Virus record (IMG/VR): IMGVR_UViG_3300022697_000042
Coordinates: 1 to 33,895 of that record
Origin: a virus
Lineage: Duplodnaviria; Caudoviricetes
Direction: 5' to 3' (one strand)
DNA: 33,895 nt
Both the position numbers and the translations under genes were made by a program. Shown one piece after another: positions 7,263-14,937 of this stretch (within the stretch, counting starts at the first letter, position 1; each line of letters begins with the position of its first letter). The notes beneath the pieces are model-generated. The model was given only the letters and a program-made list of their open reading frames with translations. It was not told the origin of the DNA and ran no database searches.

Positions 7263-7471
7263 GGAGTGTCGGGGATTATTGGGTTCCACCAAATCGAGGG
7301 GCCACGTTATCTGAGTTAATGATGTTTTATCAGCACGAGTCTAACCCGGTGACTAAATCGGTCTACAGAAACATGATCGCAACGAGAATTGAAAATGAAG
7401 GGAAAAAAGAAACCAAAGTCCATAGCAAAGATCGTAGAGGCTGCCGCTGTACGCCTACAGCTCTACGTTAG
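7259..7471 (+). CDS. hypothetical protein
   Basis: GTG start overlapping upstream stop; 3' end overlaps ninG. Confidence 0.5.
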   Translation: MRSVGDYWVPPNRGATLSELMMFYQHESNPVTKSVYRNMIATRIENEGKKETKVHSKDRRGCRCTPTALR

Positions 7472-7826
7472 GATTAAAGCTTCCGACGATAACGGGTATG
7501 TCTCTTGCGTGACCTGCGGAGTTACTAGGCACTATTTAGATAGGATGCAGGGCGGACATTTCATTCCTAGAGGTAGAATTGCCACAAAGCTAGAAGAGGA
7601 AAATATCAATACGCAATGTGATACTTGTAATGGGCCTTGTGGAATGACAGCAGCAGGAAACCCAATTGCATATACAAAATACATGCAAGATATGCGAGGC
7701 CAAAAATGGATTGACGATATTATAATCAGAAGCCAGCAGATTAAAAAATATACAAGACAAGAAGTGGCCGAATTCATGGCAGAAATAAACGAAAAAATCA
7801 GAATTCAGGAAGAGAGAGTTTGTTAA
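7395..7826 (+). CDS. ninG: NinG/Rap-family recombination endonuclease
   Basis: QLYVR...CVTCG...QGGHFIPRG...EENINTQCDTCN...Y motif set. Confidence 0.88.
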   Translation: MKGKKKPKSIAKIVEAAAVRLQLYVRIKASDDNGYVSCVTCGVTRHYLDRMQGGHFIPRGRIATKLEEENINTQCDTCNGPCGMTAAGNPIAYTKYMQDMRGQKWIDDIIIRSQQIKKYTRQEVAEFMAEINEKIRIQEERVC

Positions 7827-7831
7827 TTAAT

Positions 7832-8119
7832 ATGTGCAAATGCGGAAAAAAATCAAGATTAAACCAGAGGACTTGCTCGGAGTGCCATAATAAGTATATG
7901 AGAGGGTGGAGGAAGGTCAATAAATTAACAGAAGAACAGAAAATAAAAAATAATTCCAGAAGTTATGCTGGAGTATATAAAAGAAGAGGAAAGCTCTGCG
8001 CATCTTCTTGCGTAGACTGCGGGAAAGATGAGGTTGAAATGCACCACGAGGATTACAGTAAACCATTGCAGGTAGTATGGATATGTAGGGACTGCCATAT
8101 GGTAAGGCATAAAACATAA
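7832..8119 (+). CDS. HNH-like Zn-binding endonuclease
   Basis: CVDCG...EMHHEDYSKPLQVVWICRDCH...H. Confidence 0.8.
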   Translation: MCKCGKKSRLNQRTCSECHNKYMRGWRKVNKLTEEQKIKNNSRSYAGVYKRRGKLCASSCVDCGKDEVEMHHEDYSKPLQVVWICRDCHMVRHKT

Positions 8120-8120
8120 T

Positions 8121-8149
8121 TTGATGGAAGGGTAATAAACAGCTACAAT
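8121..8149 (+). promoter_or_regulatory. sigma70-type promoter of the accessory module, probably leaderless
   Basis: TTGATG 8121-8126, 17-nt spacer, TACAAT 8144-8149; predicted +1 at 8156-8157 coincides with ATG 8157. Confidence 0.65.
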
Positions 8150-8156
8150 TAGATGG

Positions 8157-8564
8157 ATGAATTATCTATATATTACATCCAGTTTGGAAGTAGAGAGGGA
8201 GTCAAATAACCCCTTTCCTGAACAGCTGTACAATAAATCACAAGTCGCCAACCCAAACGTAACCGCCACACAGCCTCCGAGAGTTTACGATTCAGGCACA
8301 AATACAATCCGCGCCGCTACCCAATTAGAAGTAGATGGGTTCCCAGCTGGTCGAAACTTAGTTAGAAGACTGCAAGCAAGGGGCGATAGTGACGAAATAT
8401 TAAGCTTAACAAATAGCCAGATAGGGAGATTAATTAGATCTGTAGCCCTAACGTTCCGCGAAGAAATAAACATATTAAGGTCTGGACAATCGCTAGGGTC
8501 ACGCACTAAACAGCAGGTCTTAAATAGAATTAAAAGCAAAAACTCAGGAAATGAGGCTGATTAA
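8157..8564 (+). CDS. hypothetical protein, possible fibre assembly chaperone
   Basis: 135 aa; C-terminal RSVAL..REEINILR...RTKQQ helix; coupled (TAATG) to the fibre-like gene. Confidence 0.65.
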   Translation: MNYLYITSSLEVERESNNPFPEQLYNKSQVANPNVTATQPPRVYDSGTNTIRAATQLEVDGFPAGRNLVRRLQARGDSDEILSLTNSQIGRLIRSVALTFREEINILRSGQSLGSRTKQQVLNRIKSKNSGNEAD

Positions 8565-9772
8565 TGGCCTTCCAAGTCGGCACGATCGATTCAAAAACTT
8601 CAAATGGCACGCAGCAATACTCCGTTTTAAGCGACCAACCGGTTGCAATGATCTTTTTCGGAGGAGATTGCACGGCACTAGACACTGATACCACCCCGAA
8701 TATAATCTGGCATGGCGTAACAGATGGTACAAACGATGGCCACATAGGTGCAGCGGCAGACGGGGCATTTACAGCGGGCTACACAAACAGTGCATCGTGC
8801 GTACACGACAGGGACCGAACCGGCACGACGATCATGGAAGCGACCTTGAGCGCATGGGATGCCAGCAGCTTTACGTTAAATTTCACGACCTCAAATGCAA
8901 CTGCACGAAAAATACACTATATCGCTGTCTCTGGATCAGAATTAACCAATGCTCACGTAGCTAATTTCGCCTTCGGAACAGGATCTAGCAACGCCCAGAC
9001 TGGACCAGGGTTCCAGCCAGATTTTCTCTATGTAATCGCCCGTAAGGCCGGGAGAGCTGGGTTCTCCGTAGGAGTATCAAGAGGAACTGCTTCAGCCGAT
9101 GAGTTCTCTATGGGCTTTAGATGGCGCTCTAGTAACGCAAACAGATACACGGCGATAAGGTCTAATAGTCAACTAGCTACAATGGCTGATGACTCGGCTA
9201 TAGATGAGCAATATTTCTCGCTAACCTCTTTTGATACCAACGGTTATACTATAGGCAGAGATTCAGGTGACGCCAGCAATTCAGATTTCGTGGTACTTGC
9301 CCTAAAAGGGGGCGATTATGGTGTGGGAAGGTTTGATTCACCAGCCACAGCGATTGATGAAACCGTATCAGGATTAGGATTTGACCCCGAGGGATATTAC
9401 CTCCAAGGTGCCGATATAGCCGGCACGTCTCCGATTAACGCAAACAGCGTGCCAACATTTTACGGCGCAGCAGACGGTACAAACGAGGCGGCGTTATGGC
9501 ATGATGTCAACGGTACAAGTGGTGAAGACCATGGCATGTCAGACACCAAAGTCATACAAATGCGCACAGAAGCAGCGGCGCTAATTGAAGATGCTGACCA
9601 CGGGTCTCTAGGGACCGGTCAATTTGTTGTGGCATACTCAACGGCAGAAACGGAGACAAACGAGGTCATGTACTGGGCTTTTAGAGGTGCTGCGGCGGCA
9701 GGAGGAGACACTACAGGATACCCTGGTTACTTCACCAACAAAACAAACATTGTAAAAACAAGAAATGTATAA
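8564..9772 (+). CDS. beta-rich virion fibre/adhesin-like protein with three tandem GFQP-type domains
   Basis: Repeated SDQPVAMIF / GFQPDFLYV / GFDPEGYYL and SAWDASSFTL / TSFDTNGYTI / GSLGTGQFVV; Gly/Ala/Ser/Thr-rich. Confidence 0.7.
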   Translation: MAFQVGTIDSKTSNGTQQYSVLSDQPVAMIFFGGDCTALDTDTTPNIIWHGVTDGTNDGHIGAAADGAFTAGYTNSASCVHDRDRTGTTIMEATLSAWDASSFTLNFTTSNATARKIHYIAVSGSELTNAHVANFAFGTGSSNAQTGPGFQPDFLYVIARKAGRAGFSVGVSRGTASADEFSMGFRWRSSNANRYTAIRSNSQLATMADDSAIDEQYFSLTSFDTNGYTIGRDSGDASNSDFVVLALKGGDYGVGRFDSPATAIDETVSGLGFDPEGYYLQGADIAGTSPINANSVPTFYGAADGTNEAALWHDVNGTSGEDHGMSDTKVIQMRTEAAALIEDADHGSLGTGQFVVAYSTAETETNEVMYWAFRGAAAAGGDTTGYPGYFTNKTNIVKTRNV

Positions 9773-10151
9773 ATACATTAAAGATGTGGATACATCTAAG
9801 TATTTTAAATTGATATTAGAGTCAAAATGGAAAACAGTACAAAGTAATGATAGGTTATTTTATACAAGCATGGTCAAGATAAAAGGGACAGAATTAGCTT
9901 TTTTGCTTAAAATACCCCCAAGAGGTAATGTGCACAGGCATAAGGACACCCAGAGAGAGCATAAAACATACCACTTACCATTGGAAACTAATGAATTTTG
10001 TGTGAATTACACTTATAACCCTGATACAGAAGAACATTTAGAGGTTGGCAAGTTGTATGAAATTGACAGACTAGTAGAGCATGAATCATGGAACCTTGGG
10101 AAAACAGACAGAATACACTTAATACTGGAATGTTATGGCTTACCTATCTAA
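9765..10151 (+). CDS. aspartyl/asparaginyl beta-hydroxylase-like 2OG-Fe(II) oxygenase
   Basis: IPPRGNVHRHKD (HxD), YHLPLETN, LEVGKLYEID, HESWN (distal His), DRIHLI (2OG-binding Arg). Confidence 0.88.
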   Translation: MYKYIKDVDTSKYFKLILESKWKTVQSNDRLFYTSMVKIKGTELAFLLKIPPRGNVHRHKDTQREHKTYHLPLETNEFCVNYTYNPDTEEHLEVGKLYEIDRLVEHESWNLGKTDRIHLILECYGLPI

Positions 10152-10464
10152 CGACACTTTTAATATTGATATAGCTTTGATACCCACAATACATATACCG
10201 GTCGAAAAGACTATAATTAGAAGTAAGCTAGGAAGGGTTTACTTATCGATAGGCTCTAAAGTGGTTGAATTAAGTACAATTACTGCTCATAAGATTGGTA
10301 TGGCTATATTTAACGCAAAAATTGATTATAATGAGCTAATTGTGCTAGAGATAAACAAAGAAAGATTTGAGTATTTATGGCCTAATGCTAAAAAAGTAGC
10401 GGCAGGACTTTTAAGAAAGGCAGATGATGCCGATGATTGGCAATTAAACAGGAGAAAGAAATGA
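10135..10464 (+). CDS. hypothetical protein with internal beta-beta-alpha duplication
   Basis: VYLSIGSKVVELSTITAHKIGMAI resembles IVLEINKERFEYLWPNAKKVAAGL. Confidence 0.7.
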   Translation: MAYLSNDTFNIDIALIPTIHIPVEKTIIRSKLGRVYLSIGSKVVELSTITAHKIGMAIFNAKIDYNELIVLEINKERFEYLWPNAKKVAAGLLRKADDADDWQLNRRKK

Positions 10465-10922
10465 TAGGCCGACTATTTACTGTCGCAATTGGCTCACAAG
10501 CTCAAACAGCGGCAAAAACTTTAATTGAAGTATTAAGCGCTGCGGATTCGGTTACTTTGATCGAAAGACTGTGGTTAAAGCAGACCTCTTTTGATACATC
10601 AGAAAATCTTGGGATTAAAGTACAACGGATTACAACTACAGGAACTGGTACAGCAACAGTCCCAGAGCCGTTACAAGCAGGTGATGCAGCTTTTGGTGGT
10701 GTTGTTGAGACTAACTCAACAATTGAACCCACATACACTGCGGCTACCGAAATACTAGAAGACGGATTTAACGTCTTGTCAGGTTTTTTATGGACTCCAG
10801 CCAGCGACGACGAAGTAATCACAATATCACCTTCGGCTTTAGCAGGATTTAATCTCGATGTATCCCCCAGTGCTAGTATGAATTTTTCATACGGATGTAC
10901 TTTGAGAGAAATCGGCGGCTAG
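10461..10922 (+). CDS. putative virion structural protein (beta-sandwich-like)
   Basis: AGGAG SD before ATG 10461; Thr/Ala/Gly/Ser-rich alternating beta pattern. Confidence 0.7.
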   Translation: MIGRLFTVAIGSQAQTAAKTLIEVLSAADSVTLIERLWLKQTSFDTSENLGIKVQRITTTGTGTATVPEPLQAGDAAFGGVVETNSTIEPTYTAATEILEDGFNVLSGFLWTPASDDEVITISPSALAGFNLDVSPSASMNFSYGCTLREIGG

Positions 10923-10928
10923 TCGTGA

Positions 10929-11837
10929 ATGGACCAGTTAGAGATACGATGGAGGCGACCCCGTAGGGCACAGTTAGTACCTGAGTTAAATCAGTACCCT
11001 GAGTCGCCAGAGGTTAACCCGTATCCAGGTTGGGTAAGTCACTTTGAGCCAACAAAAAACGGTACAAATAGAAAATTAAGAAAGTCTCTAGAGCTTAATG
11101 AGCACCCAGAGACGCCAGCAGGATATTACAGTGGTTATTATCCCGGCTCAGAGCTGGCAAAAGGTATAAGGGCAAGTTTTAGAATAAACCGGCAGGACAT
11201 ACCGGAATTAAATACATATCCAGCAACACCAGAAGCGGCTATTTTACCGTCATTCGAGACACATTTTGAGGCGACAAGAAATAGAACAAACCGCAGGCTA
11301 AAAAGACTCGAATTAAATACTTACCCGGAAACGCCGGCAGGGTATTATTCTGGCTACTATCCCGGCAGTAAAAGAGCGGAAGGTTTTAAAACTAGCTTTA
11401 GGATTAATCTACAAAATATCCCTCAGTTAGATAGATATCCTCAAACTGTAGCGATTGCAGATATACCTTCTTGGGAAACTCATTTTGAGCCGGTCAAGAA
11501 CAATACGAATAGAAGATTAAAAGGGGTAGAGTTAAACACCTATCCACAAACGCCAGCAGATTACTACACAGGTTACTACCCAGCTTCTGGCAGAGTTGAC
11601 GCTAATAGATTTAATTTTAAGATACAGACGCAAGTCGTTGAATTAAACACTTACCCAGCGTCTGCGGTTAGTTTAGTAGATGCTACATTTGGGGTAACTG
11701 GATTAATTGCTACTACGTTCGGGATCGATGGGAAAATAGTCGCCACATTTGGCGTTAAATCGGATATTGACGAAAAAGGTCAGGGTGTAGTTTCAGATAT
11801 AGACGAAACAGGTCAAGGTGTAAAAGGATTCATATGA
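10929..11837 (+). CDS. Pro/Tyr/Arg-rich tandem repeat protein
   Basis: Three 72-74 aa units containing seven ELNxYP-type motifs, then five 10-11 aa TFGV/GQGV repeats. Confidence 0.85.
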   Translation: MDQLEIRWRRPRRAQLVPELNQYPESPEVNPYPGWVSHFEPTKNGTNRKLRKSLELNEHPETPAGYYSGYYPGSELAKGIRASFRINRQDIPELNTYPATPEAAILPSFETHFEATRNRTNRRLKRLELNTYPETPAGYYSGYYPGSKRAEGFKTSFRINLQNIPQLDRYPQTVAIADIPSWETHFEPVKNNTNRRLKGVELNTYPQTPADYYTGYYPASGRVDANRFNFKIQTQVVELNTYPASAVSLVDATFGVTGLIATTFGIDGKIVATFGVKSDIDEKGQGVVSDIDETGQGVKGFI

Positions 11838-12172
11838 CAATTAAAGTCGCAGAGGTGAAAAAACTATTCCGGTACTCGACAAATTTCGACATGTCGGGAT
11901 CAACTGGGCTAACGTTAAAGTTTACCAAACCAAATGGCGGCACGTTAACGAAGACCGAAGCATCAAGCAACCCTGTAACTGCGCCAGCTACGGCACTAAC
12001 GAACGATCCAGACATAGGCACAGTAGCGGCAAGCACTTACATGCAATTCAGCACCGTAGCCTCAGACTTTGATGTAGCTGGAGTCTGGAAAGTCTGCGGA
12101 ATTTACACAGACGGAGATCCTACAGAATACTTCGGTGATCTAGCGGTATTTACCGTAGAATTTGGATGTTAA
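11834..12172 (+). CDS. BppU N-terminal-like Ig-fold attachment protein
   Basis: DMSG...LKFTKPNG...Y...SDFDVAGVWKV pattern; AAAGGA SD, ATGA overlap. Confidence 0.6.
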   Translation: MTIKVAEVKKLFRYSTNFDMSGSTGLTLKFTKPNGGTLTKTEASSNPVTAPATALTNDPDIGTVAASTYMQFSTVASDFDVAGVWKVCGIYTDGDPTEYFGDLAVFTVEFGC

Positions 12173-12260
12173 ACAGAGGTAATTATAATTAAACACAAAG
12201 GAAGCACTAGCCATAAAGGCAAGCCAAAAAAAGTCAAGAAGCCAAAAATTAAGCGTTTAT

Positions 12261-12380
12261 TTATAAAGCAAACAACACATTAATCCAGTACACACAAAGC
12301 CCGAACAAAACTATTAGTATCAGGATCATGAGGCCCTCAAAAACTGGCGAGGGCGATTCTTTTATCTGTCTATTGTTCAT
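12261..12380 (-). CDS. 39-aa single-pass membrane peptide (not in ORF track)
   Basis: MNNRQIKESPSPVFEGLMILILIVLFGLCVYWINVLFAL; ATGA overlap with 12377..12571. Confidence 0.6.
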   Translation of the reverse strand: MNNRQIKESPSPVFEGLMILILIVLFGLCVYWINVLFAL

Positions 12381-12571
12381 TTGAATTTCTCCAATGCTTT
12401 CAATTGACTATCAATAATCGACCTAGGATAAGACGCATACATAATGTTCTCACGCGACCGATCGTAAGTAGTGCGCCTATCGATACTCTCTCTCTTAATC
12501 TCACGCCTATCAGGCTCTACGCGCCGCTCAAGGGCTTTCTTAACTAATTCGTATGGTTGTTCTTTATTCAT
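12377..12571 (-). CDS. hypothetical Arg-rich protein (ERR/DRR repeats)
   Basis: 64 aa; translationally coupled on both sides. Confidence 0.6.
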   Translation of the reverse strand: MNKEQPYELVKKALERRVEPDRREIKRESIDRRTTYDRSRENIMYASYPRSIIDSQLKALEKFK

Positions 12572-12645
12572 TTGAGTAAATCACCAAGCATCCAACCTAT
12601 TGAAAATCCGATAATCCATATCGATATGCGCAATTGATAATTCAT
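12568..12645 (-). CDS. 25-aa hydrophobic peptide (not in ORF track)
   Basis: GAGG SD; MNYQLRISIWIIGFSIGWMLGDLLK; ATGA overlaps at both ends. Confidence 0.55.
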   Translation of the reverse strand: MNYQLRISIWIIGFSIGWMLGDLLK

Positions 12646-12769
12646 TGTAATGACCTCATTTCAACCCAGTGATCGATACTAGCTTGTAGTGCTTGTGCGG
12701 TTATCATGTCGTTTATCCTATATACCGAGGTGTTTAATTTGCAACCATTGCATAACTTGCAACAGTTGG

Positions 12770-13021
12770 TTATCTTATTTTTTTGTACGTCTCTCCAAGA
12801 AAAACCCGGCCAAAAGCCCTCCTTGCTAGGCTGCTTCCTCCTTCTCCGATACATCCGTCCCGTTTTGTTACCTGCCAGGAATACGTTATGTCAAAAAGTA
12901 GCACTCTTTTTACAATAAGAGACTCTTTACTTCGCAATATTCCAATTATTAACAGTATTAACAAGTCCTTAACTGTTAATATTAAAATATCAGAAGTGTG
13001 AGCGTTACGTCTTATTTTCAT
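12770..13021 (-). CDS. hypothetical protein
   Basis: AAAGGA SD; starts 1 nt after the upstream stop. Confidence 0.5.
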   Translation of the reverse strand: MKIRRNAHTSDILILTVKDLLILLIIGILRSKESLIVKRVLLFDITYSWQVTKRDGCIGEGGSSLARRAFGRVFLGETYKKIR

Positions 13022-13022
13022 T

Positions 13023-13430
13023 TTATACGTATCCTTTAAAATGAGCGCCTTTTAATGGGTTAGGCAGTTTGTGCAAAGTTGCATTGCGTATTATCCCCTG
13101 TATATTATCTACCGAACTTTTTACGCTTTCACCTGAATTATAATGCAAGTTCAGCCTTTTTCTATTTGCGTGCTCTCTAACTAGTTCGGGTTTATTTACA
13201 CGATAAAGCGCATCTTTTACAAATATTTCAAAGCATAAATACGTAGTAACATCCTTAGCTTCAGTGTGATTTTCAATATACGCTATGTCGTTACTGCCGC
13301 AAGATGGGTCAGGGCAGCAGTAATTATTCACTTTTGCACCGTAAAATCCAGGCCATTTATTGTTTTCAAGGGCGTCAACTGGGTAGACGCTTCGACACTC
13401 CAAACACTTGCATATAATTGCTGTATTCAT
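13023..13430 (-). CDS. hypothetical protein with N-terminal Zn ribbon
   Basis: CLEC...CPDPSCGS; GGAGG SD within repeated leader. Confidence 0.7.
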   Translation of the reverse strand: MNTAIICKCLECRSVYPVDALENNKWPGFYGAKVNNYCCPDPSCGSNDIAYIENHTEAKDVTTYLCFEIFVKDALYRVNKPELVREHANRKRLNLHYNSGESVKSSVDNIQGIIRNATLHKLPNPLKGAHFKGYV

Positions 13431-13482
13431 TTCATCCTCCGTTGCGTTGTTAGTTAGTTTACTTTTTAAATTGTATATAAAC

Positions 13483-13764
13483 TTATAGTTTACTTATGAG
13501 TAAAATCCCAAATAGAAACATAGATATTCTTTCTAAATTAGATTGAATGAATACACTCTTATCTGCATTAGACATAATTTCGTAGTCATACCCTATGTTT
13601 TCAGATACTATTTGCAGCAAGTAGATACCTTCATCTGTAATATTCAATAGGGGTATTGTTGCTTCCATACACTCAAAATTACATACGTGGACGGCTTCAG
13701 CAATTATTCTAGCTTTACTCAACGGCGCACCTACCGAAATAGCCCCGGATAGAGTTTTTATCAT
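13483..13764 (-). CDS. hypothetical protein
   Basis: In-frame ATG at 13764 coupled to a 15-aa upstream ORF (13761..13808) that carries a GAGG SD. Confidence 0.55.
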   Translation of the reverse strand: MIKTLSGAISVGAPLSKARIIAEAVHVCNFECMEATIPLLNITDEGIYLLQIVSENIGYDYEIMSNADKSVFIQSNLERISMFLFGILLISKL

Positions 13765-13837
13765 GATAAACACCAGACTTTGCGTACTTTCTTAGACAAT
13801 CTATTCATTTTATTCCCTCGTCGGTAGTTAAATCACA

Positions 13838-13862
13838 TAAGCGTTATCATAGATAACGCTTA
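13838..13862. other. perfect 11-bp intergenic hairpin (terminator, processing or operator site)
   Basis: TAAGCGTTATC-ATA-GATAACGCTTA. Confidence 0.7.
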
Positions 13863-13871
13863 GATAATTAA

Positions 13872-14156
13872 CTATGCGTCTTTTATTTTAAAAATCTCTA
13901 TCTCGCGTGTCTCAAGATCGACATTCCAATTTTCTAACCAATCATAAAAACTATTTCCGTACTGATGTTCATCATCCCAGCCAATAGTTAGAGCATCAAC
14001 GTCAATCGGTAGTATTGAGCAATTGCTATCATATAAAAAATATGCTCCTTTTTTTGTGCGATATAATTCCTCGCTCATTTCGTTTGCTTCACCTGTCGCT
14101 ACTTTTTCTGCGGTCTCTGTGTTGTAAATCAATCCATTTATAATTAATTTAGTCAT
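13872..14156 (-). CDS. conserved phage early protein (IING..Y.TETA...E.LY.T..G.YFL family)
   Basis: Motif recognisable from many phage early regions; function unknown; repeated leader upstream. Confidence 0.75.
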   Translation of the reverse strand: MTKLIINGLIYNTETAEKVATGEANEMSEELYRTKKGAYFLYDSNCSILPIDVDALTIGWDDEHQYGNSFYDWLENWNVDLETREIEIFKIKDA

Positions 14157-14192
14157 TTTATTTTCCCCGTTGCGTTGTTGATGTGTTAATTA

Positions 14193-14411
14193 TTAAACTC
14201 TAACTAATATATCTCTGCTCATAAATCTAGTCTTACATGCCACGTAAGTTGCGTCTTCTTTTTTTGATATTTCTGCGCAATTAGCAAAAGGTAATGTGCA
14301 TGGCACTAAATTGACTGGTTCGCCGGCTATATCTACCACTGGGTTTGCATTATTAACTAGCCCTAGCAACTCTAATCCTTTAAGCCCTTTAAATTTATTT
14401 GCTATTTGCAT
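14193..14411 (-). CDS. hypothetical protein, first gene of the leftward cassette
   Basis: GGAG SD within repeated leader; directly downstream of promoter. Confidence 0.7.
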   Translation of the reverse strand: MQIANKFKGLKGLELLGLVNNANPVVDIAGEPVNLVPCTLPFANCAEISKKEDATYVACKTRFMSRDILVRV

Positions 14412-14442
14412 TTTATTTCTCCGTTGCGTTGTTGATGTATTA

Positions 14443-14470
14443 AATATAACAGGTATCTAGTATAAATCAA
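14443..14470 (-). promoter_or_regulatory. leftward sigma70 promoter with extended -10
   Basis: Minus strand TTGATT, 16-nt spacer ending TGT, TATATT. Confidence 0.6.
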
Positions 14471-14560
14471 GTACAGTTTAGTATTAATTAAGTAATAAGC
14501 ATTAAATGTATCGTAAGTCGCTGTACAGTCACATTAAATTAATTTAATACGGTATAACTA

Positions 14561-14589
14561 TGTACATCTATAGTTAATCATGCTTTAAT
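14561..14589 (+). promoter_or_regulatory. rightward promoter for HTH gene, probably leaderless
   Basis: TGTACA, 17 nt, TGc-TTTAAT; +1 predicted at ATG 14596, which has no SD; inverted repeat TAACTAT-N8-ATAGTTA 14555-14576 over the -35. Confidence 0.55.
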
Positions 14590-14595
14590 AGATGC

Positions 14596-14802
14596 ATGTT
14601 ATTATTTAGCGACGTAAAAGATCATTACAAAACTCAGAGAGCGATGGCGAGGGCACTTGATGTCAGCGAGCAATATGTAGCTCAGTGGGATAAGACTGCG
14701 CCAATACCAGAGCTGTACGAGTCTAGGCTCAGGTATATAGTGTGCCCAGAGGTGTTTAAGAAGCTCAAGAGTGAGGGGTTAGAGATTAAAGATAGGCCTT
14801 GA
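14596..14802 (+). CDS. Cro-like helix-turn-helix protein
   Basis: TQRAMARALDVSEQYVAQW...IP matches Cro consensus. Confidence 0.85.
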   Translation: MLLFSDVKDHYKTQRAMARALDVSEQYVAQWDKTAPIPELYESRLRYIVCPEVFKKLKSEGLEIKDRP

Positions 14803-14815
14803 GTATTACTAAAGA

Positions 14816-14844
14816 TCGATATAACTAGTACTAGATGCTATAAT
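14816..14844 (+). promoter_or_regulatory. sigma70 promoter with extended -10
   Basis: TCGATA, 17 nt, TGc-TATAAT 14839-14844. Confidence 0.65.
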
Positions 14845-14886
14845 TCAGATATGATGATTAGAAAAACAATGGCCCGGCAAGCGGAT

Positions 14887-14917
14887 ATCAGTTGTTCGAC
14901 TTTCCCGAACAACTGAT
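14887..14917 (+). terminator. perfect 12-bp hairpin, possible terminator/attenuator
   Basis: ATCAGTTGTTCG-ACTTTCC-CGAACAACTGAT followed only by a weak TATT tail. Confidence 0.45.
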
Positions 14918-14937
14918 TATTCGTTAAAGTTTAAATT

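Larger units (their letters stand above)
13439..14438 (-). repeat. dispersed leader repeat AACAACGCAACGG, three copies
   Basis: CCGTTGCGTTGTT on + strand at 13439-13451, 14167-14179 and 14421-14433, each directly upstream of a - strand start codon. Confidence 0.9.

Noticed and set aside
12642-12854. Full-length 70-aa minus-strand ORF
   Set aside because: Overlaps 12770..13021 heavily; only the last 21 codons follow an SD-like AGGA
12829-12876. SRP RNA-like AGGAAGCAGCC on the minus strand
   Set aside because: Lacks the CAGG..CC-GNRA-GG symmetric hairpin needed for SRP domain IV and lies in an ORF
13439-14438. Leader repeats as CRISPR or integron attC sites
   Set aside because: Irregular spacing of hundreds of bases, no palindromy, no cas or integrase; they coincide with SD sequences
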